Virus record (IMG/VR): IMGVR_UViG_3300005611_000005 | DNA length: 52,050 nt | Origin: an uncultured virus (IMG/VR IMGVR_UViG_3300005611_000005) | Lineage: Duplodnaviria; Heunggongvirae; Uroviricota; Caudoviricetes | Reading direction: 5' to 3' (one strand) | Shown here: positions 47,965 to 52,050 of the stretch, in pieces | How the letters are laid out: each line of letters starts with the position of its first letter | How positions within the stretch are numbered: the stretch's first letter is position 1 | The notes under the pieces: generated by a model | What the model was told of the DNA's origin: nothing | What the model saw: the letters and a program-made list of their open reading frames with translations, nothing else | The model's database searches: none | Made by a program: the position numbers and the translations under genes

Positions 47965-48336
47965 GGGCCTGACTGGAATTGATCCGCAGGTATGTTCTTT
48001 GATATGATGCAGGCAGTCTTAGATGGAAAGACTTAAATCACCTATCAATTGTCGTAAATGGCAACACTTCTACTTTTACTTACGAAGACGCTTTAGCTTT
48101 CGTAGGTGCGGATTTTGCAGTAGCTGCTTAATCGCTCTCGTATCACTCATGGGGATCAAAAAGAAGTGAATGACCCGGTTTTTGCACTTTGTACCTTAAA
48201 CAAATCGCCTACCGATTGCAAGTGAGAGTAGCCATACAAACTTGATATTTTGTCTGTTTAGAAAAACGGAATAAGCCTGTGAATGAGTACTTAGTGCAAA
48301 CTGAGGGAGACGTGGGTTCGAATCCCACCAGGTCCA
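47965..48336 (+). ncRNA. ssrA: tmRNA
   Basis: 5' GGGCCTG pairs with 3' CAGGTCC-A, with G3:U alanine determinant; T-arm GTGGG-TTCGAAT-CCCAC; internal tag ORF 48060-48131 ending AVAA-stop; CCA not encoded. Confidence 0.92.
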
Positions 48337-48370
48337 CTGTTTTTTTTTGTTTAACTTTAATTTAATTAGT

Positions 48371-48529
48371 ATGAAACAGATGATGTTTGTTTTTGCTGTA
48401 GTTGCTTTAATGGCTTCTTGCAACACTGGTGCAAACTCTGAGGAGACTCAATCTGATTCTACTGTACAAGTAGTTGACACAGTTACTGTGGTTGACACTT
48501 TGCAAGTAGAGGAAGTGGTTGCTGAGTAA
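48371..48529 (+). CDS. small lipoprotein
   Basis: ATG 48371; MKQ + hydrophobic core + MAS-C lipobox; acidic body. Confidence 0.7.
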   Translation: MKQMMFVFAVVALMASCNTGANSEETQSDSTVQVVDTVTVVDTLQVEEVVAE

Positions 48530-48547
48530 TCAAGAGTGAAGAACTTT

Positions 48548-48574
48548 AAAAGGGGGGCTTAGGCCCCCTTTTTT
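48548..48574 (+). terminator. intrinsic terminator
   Basis: AAAAGGGGGGC-TTAG-GCCCCC-TTTTTT. Confidence 0.85.
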
Positions 48575-48590
48575 AATTAAATTAAAACAT

Positions 48591-49001
48591 ATGAAACAAT
48601 TTTTTAAAGGTATTAAAAACTTAATTAGCTGGTTTAAGGTAATCTACAATGACAGAGACTGGGATAATGCCTATATGGAAATCATTCTGTATAAGAAACT
48701 GTGTGGTATCCATAAAACATTAATGCAGGATGAATACGTCACAACTAGCAGAAAAAAATCAATCCAAGCATTGTCAATTTGTATTGCCATCTTAGAACGT
48801 AGACTGAATGAATGGTACATGGAGGTATATCATTTATCTCCTAGCACAGACAGTGATGGCACGCTCGTGAGTTACATAGATAGTGATGGTACGCTCCTGA
48901 GTTATGAATCAAACTTACTAGAGGTAATGTCTATAGAAAAGAGAGACCAACAAGTACTCTGGAAACTAATTCAAAAATATAGTGAATATTGGTGGACATA
49001 A
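48591..49001 (+). CDS. hypothetical phage protein
   Basis: W..VI..DRDWD; internal DSDGTL.SY tandem duplication. Confidence 0.7.
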   Translation: MKQFFKGIKNLISWFKVIYNDRDWDNAYMEIILYKKLCGIHKTLMQDEYVTTSRKKSIQALSICIAILERRLNEWYMEVYHLSPSTDSDGTLVSYIDSDGTLLSYESNLLEVMSIEKRDQQVLWKLIQKYSEYWWT

Positions 49002-49002
49002 G

Positions 49003-49034
49003 TTTGGCATCTTGAAATATTATTCTTATATTTA
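49003..49034 (+). promoter_or_regulatory. Bacteroidota sigma-A-type promoter
   Basis: TTTG-N20-TATATTTA. Confidence 0.72.
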
Positions 49035-49054
49035 TGTATAAATAAAAAGTTGAT

Positions 49055-49387
49055 ATGGAATACAAAGTTCAAATTAAAAACGAAATGGAAATTTTGATTA
49101 GACCACGAAAATTTACAGGTTGTACCTCTTGGCAATCAAATCTAAACGGTGTGATACTTGTAGAAAAAGAAGAAGATATTGAACCGCTATGGAAATTATT
49201 AATAGAACAAGACGATTATTGGGAACATTATAAAGAAGTGATACAAGTAGCACCAAAAGAGATTGATGGTGAGGGCGACATTTCAAGCATGTGTGTTTAT
49301 GTCGGTAAAACGGATATTTACAACGTACAAGAATTACAATCAAAAATTCCGTTTATTATGCATCAGGAATACCCTATATTGGAATAG
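49055..49387 (+). CDS. hypothetical protein
   Basis: ORF behind promoter. Confidence 0.65.
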   Translation: MEYKVQIKNEMEILIRPRKFTGCTSWQSNLNGVILVEKEEDIEPLWKLLIEQDDYWEHYKEVIQVAPKEIDGEGDISSMCVYVGKTDIYNVQELQSKIPFIMHQEYPILE

Positions 49388-49465
49388 TTTGTATGTTTTG
49401 GGTGCAAATAACGGTTTGCGTGTTTATTCCAAGCGTGGAATTTGAAAAACAAAATTTGATATACA

Positions 49466-49696
49466 ATGAAAAGATTATTTGAAAAACTAAAGCTGATGTT
49501 TGCTCGTCAGCCACGCTTGCAGCAACCTGTTGTTAGCAGCCGTTTTATCATCACTTATTGCGTTGATGGTAATTTAGGAACTGTACAAAGTTTGGAATGT
49601 ATTGCTGAAAGTAAAGAAATGGCAGAATATTATTTTTGGGATAGACATAATTCATTATACACTGATATATTGTCTGTCGAACAAAATGACTGCTAA
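49466..49696 (+). CDS. hypothetical protein in cassette-like module 1
   Basis: Reads through GTTAGCAGC (VSS); stop lies in TGCTAAC. Confidence 0.65.
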   Translation: MKRLFEKLKLMFARQPRLQQPVVSSRFIITYCVDGNLGTVQSLECIAESKEMAEYYFWDRHNSLYTDILSVEQNDC

Positions 49697-50138
49697 CTAA
49701 TGTATAGGCGAAACAGTCAAGCCACACCTTTACAAAAAGGATGAAAAGTAAACCAATAAAACAATTAAATTATGAACCAAGAACAAAGAATGAAACAAGA
49801 ATTTGCAGATGCTGGAGAGCAGTCGGCATTACGCAAAACCAATGTTAGCAGCAGCCTTTCTATGAGAGATATTGCTGAACAATTATGGTCATTATTGGAT
49901 AACATTGATACGCTGTCCGATATATGTAAGCCAACAGTCAATGACCCTAAAGCAGCAATGGCGTTTTACAATAATGCGATGAAATATGCAGCTAAAAGAT
50001 TTGAGTTATTGCAATCTGATGGTTACAAGATTTACACAAAACAAGAATTTGATGCGTTGCCTAAGTCAAATGGTGGAAGTGGCGAAGATTGGAAGTCGCT
50101 ATCTTAGGTTGCTGCAAACTAATGTATAGGCGCAACAG
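49532..50138. mobile_element. two tandem cassette-like modules with inverted-repeat ends
   Basis: 49532-49546 vs 49683-49697 (13/15 inverted match); 49844-49857 vs 50106-50119 (12/14); each followed by TAATGTATAGGCGnAACAG. Confidence 0.55.
49772..50107 (+). CDS. hypothetical protein in cassette-like module 2
   Basis: ALRKTNVSSS reads through GTTAGCAGC. Confidence 0.65.
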   Translation: MNQEQRMKQEFADAGEQSALRKTNVSSSLSMRDIAEQLWSLLDNIDTLSDICKPTVNDPKAAMAFYNNAMKYAAKRFELLQSDGYKIYTKQEFDALPKSNGGSGEDWKSLS

Positions 50139-50161
50139 CCCTACTTCGGTGGGGCTTTTTT
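50137..50161 (+). terminator. intrinsic terminator
   Basis: AGCCCTAC-TTCG-GTGGGGCT then T-run. Confidence 0.85.
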
Positions 50162-50182
50162 AACAGTTAAGTGTAAAAAAAG

Positions 50183-50214
50183 TTTGGCTTCTTGAAATAT
50201 TATTCGTATATTTA
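50183..50214 (+). promoter_or_regulatory. Bacteroidota sigma-A-type promoter
   Basis: TTTG-N20-TATATTTA. Confidence 0.75.
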
Positions 50215-50233
50215 GATATAAATAAAAACAGTT

Positions 50234-50422
50234 ATGAAAAAGTGTCTTTTAATGAGTGTAATGAGTTTCGGAGCTATGGTCGGACTAATGACTGGCCAAA
50301 TCCAACAAGTATTACCTTTCAACAATGTAACGGCTGAAATGATGGCTGCAGTACTTTGCTTCACTTTAGGAGTATTTGGGCTAGCAGGTGTATATGCTAT
50401 TGGGACAAGTAAACAAAAATAA
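50234..50422 (+). CDS. small membrane protein
   Basis: Two hydrophobic segments; behind promoter. Confidence 0.65.
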   Translation: MKKCLLMSVMSFGAMVGLMTGQIQQVLPFNNVTAEMMAAVLCFTLGVFGLAGVYAIGTSKQK

Positions 50423-50423
50423 T

Positions 50424-50774
50424 ATGGACAGAATACAAATTAACGGAGTTTGGTACGTTAGAGAAACTCCAGAAGAACAAGAACAAGTAGATGCAGTATT
50501 TTATCAAGGCTGTGTTGCTGAAACTGAAAAGCACTGCTTTGACGCTACAAGACTAAGAGAGGATTCAGAGGAATTTGACATAAAAGTCACTTACAAAAAA
50601 GGTTCACGATCAGAATGGAAAGAAGATGTGTGGGATAATACAAACTATTTAAAAGGAGTATTTTATAGCGACCCTGATGCTTTGAATTCTCTTAGAGAAA
50701 ATATTGATGATGAAGCAGAAATAAAGTACTTCATTAGTTTTCTACAAATTCTTAAAGATAATAACTGGTTTTAA
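50424..50774 (+). CDS. hypothetical protein
   Basis: ATG 50424 (MDRIQINGVWY). Confidence 0.65.
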   Translation: MDRIQINGVWYVRETPEEQEQVDAVFYQGCVAETEKHCFDATRLREDSEEFDIKVTYKKGSRSEWKEDVWDNTNYLKGVFYSDPDALNSLRENIDDEAEIKYFISFLQILKDNNWF

Positions 50775-50784
50775 CTTAAAAAAT

Positions 50785-51150
50785 ATGATTACAGGAACAC
50801 AACCTAAAATTCTACTAACTCAAAATGAGGAAGGTATTTTAACTATGGATGAAGAACAAGCAAAACTGCTACTTGATCAAGTAGAAATGAAATGGAAACT
50901 TGTCAGAGAACGAGATGGACTAACTAGACAATCAGCTGAAGTAATGTGGTTGGAGTTTAATGAGGATGGAACTTTTAAATCTAAGCACGATGAACCAGCA
51001 GTTGGTCGTTCATTGATTATGTCTCCATTTAATATGTTCTTTACTTGGCAGTGTACTAGTTTAACTGAGATTATAGAGCAAACAGAGGATTACCTTAAAT
51101 TTAAAACACTTAACTCAACATATGAATTATGGAAACTAGGAAACGATTAA
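50785..51150 (+). CDS. hypothetical phage protein
   Basis: P.VG.S, W..T..TEI, F.T.NS.Y.L. Confidence 0.7.
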   Translation: MITGTQPKILLTQNEEGILTMDEEQAKLLLDQVEMKWKLVRERDGLTRQSAEVMWLEFNEDGTFKSKHDEPAVGRSLIMSPFNMFFTWQCTSLTEIIEQTEDYLKFKTLNSTYELWKLGND

Positions 51151-51446
51151 GCCGAGAAGAGAAGAAAGAGAAGGCCGTTAAAGATCTAATCAATCAAATG
51201 TTTGTAATTGCTGGTCATGATGTTACCTTTGAAGATATTAAAGACAGAAAAGACGATTGGTACGCTCAATGGACAATGACTGTTCAACAGGCAGAAGAAT
51301 GGAAACAATGGGGTAAGAAGTATCTTATGAAAGAACTTCGAATGAGGGTTAAACAAGCAGAAACTGAAATGCTTTGGATTAATATGCAATGGGGCCTTAA
51401 ATATTCAAATTGGGAAGAATATCATAAAAAAGATTTGGCTTCCTGA
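51129..51446 (+). CDS. hypothetical protein
   Basis: 105-aa overlapping ORF. Confidence 0.65.
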   Translation: METRKRLSREEKKEKAVKDLINQMFVIAGHDVTFEDIKDRKDDWYAQWTMTVQQAEEWKQWGKKYLMKELRMRVKQAETEMLWINMQWGLKYSNWEEYHKKDLAS

Positions 51447-51465
51447 AATATTATTCTTATATTTA
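51434..51465 (+). promoter_or_regulatory. Bacteroidota sigma-A-type promoter
   Basis: TTTG-N20-TATATTTA. Confidence 0.72.
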
Positions 51466-51497
51466 GATATAAATAAAAACAGTAATAGAAACTAATC

Positions 51498-51917
51498 ATG
51501 ATACAATATAAAAATCGCTACGGAGACGTTTTCACTTTCACTAGAACTGAAGATGGAAATATACTATGGCAAGGCAACTTTGAATTCGTAAGATATGCCT
51601 ACCCAAACGTATATGAGGAGGCTTATCAGGCATATGTTGATGATGGCAGTCCTGAAGGTGATATGACCTTTGAAGAGTTTCAAGATACGATTCATGCATA
51701 TGATTATAAAACTGATCAGTATGCTATCAAAAACAGAAAGTATGCTGAGTTAGTGGTTTCTGATCAAAGCAGAATTGTTATGGTTGATCCTAGTGGTGGT
51801 CCATTTTTGATGGTAGGAATGGGTATGGGGATGTTTGATAATTCCTTTGAAGGATTAATTATTAAAGAATTAAACAAGGTACCAGAAGGTTATCTGATTA
51901 CTATACAAATGCATTAA
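51498..51917 (+). CDS. hypothetical phage protein
   Basis: NRYG..FTF and MVDPSGGP motifs. Confidence 0.7.
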   Translation: MIQYKNRYGDVFTFTRTEDGNILWQGNFEFVRYAYPNVYEEAYQAYVDDGSPEGDMTFEEFQDTIHAYDYKTDQYAIKNRKYAELVVSDQSRIVMVDPSGGPFLMVGMGMGMFDNSFEGLIIKELNKVPEGYLITIQMH

Positions 51918-51937
51918 ACAATTAAAACAAATTATAA

Positions 51938-52050
51938 ATGGAACAATTAACACGTAAATTAACACCAAAACAAATATACGATAACTATATCAACGATCCT
52001 ACAACAGAAGATACATTCAAATTATTTTACACGCGAAAACTTAATGATGG
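51938..52050 (+). CDS. hypothetical protein (3'-truncated by window)
   Basis: ATG 51938, frame open to window end. Confidence 0.5.
   Translation, partial: MEQLTRKLTPKQIYDNYINDPTTEDTFKLFYTRKLND

Noticed and set aside
48300..48340. Stand-alone tRNA
   Set aside because: The T-arm and acceptor strand pair with a 5' end ~370 nt upstream and enclose a tag ORF, so this is the tmRNA
541..49445. Nested + strand short ORFs (541, 2127, 22248, 25843, 27174, 39538, 49263)
   Set aside because: They overlap better-supported genes out of frame and have no independent support
291..51389. All minus-strand ORFs in the track
   Set aside because: They are short, lie antisense to well-supported + strand genes or the tmRNA (e.g. 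48196-48426), and show no recognisable motifs
33463..51465. Recurrent ~45-bp intergenic sequences as a CRISPR array
   Set aside because: They are dispersed, degenerate and each precedes a gene; they fit promoters and have no repeat-spacer periodicity
1..52050. Stop-codon reassignment
   Set aside because: Genes are intact and densely packed under the standard code; TAA, TGA and TAG all end genes at sensible boundaries

Overview
This AT-rich, densely coding window has essentially all credible genes on the + strand, and it reads as part of a large (probably jumbo) lytic phage of a Bacteroidota host. It has three zones. (1) About 1-16.4 kb: a Cas4/RecB-like nuclease end and a SLOG protein, then a ~15 kb glycosylation island. 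The island holds GT4, GT2, GT8/GT9-like and DUF616 transferases, methyltransferases, an NDP-sugar epimerase and a UDP-glucose dehydrogenase. It also holds a nonulosonic (sialic) acid module: NeuB-like synthase, NeuA-like cytidylyltransferase and a GT29-type sialyltransferase with recognisable sialylmotifs. (2) About 17.9-37.5 kb: a putative late region, often preceded by an ATATTTAT motif. At least 13 unrelated proteins here share N-terminal leaders (MKKSELxQLIREEI or MIxLKDLLxE), including an R-S-E ADP-ribosyltransferase-like and a GNAT-like protein. The region also carries an Ntn hydrolase, Hc1 histone-like and ferritin-like proteins, a GAF/TM protein and an L,D-transpeptidase-type lysin. 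Four signal-peptide proteins lie here too, two with Bacteroidota T9SS type B C-terminal domains (one is a 1351-aa PKD-repeat adhesin-like protein). (3) About 33.5-52 kb, overlapping zone 2: early-type small genes behind nine TTTG-N20-TAnnTTTA promoters, expanded mosaic paralogue families, a dNMP kinase, a tmRNA with a long tag, and two integron-cassette-like modules bounded by GTTAGCAG...CTGC(T/A)AAC inverted repeats. All family calls come from motif recognition by eye; no database searches were run.
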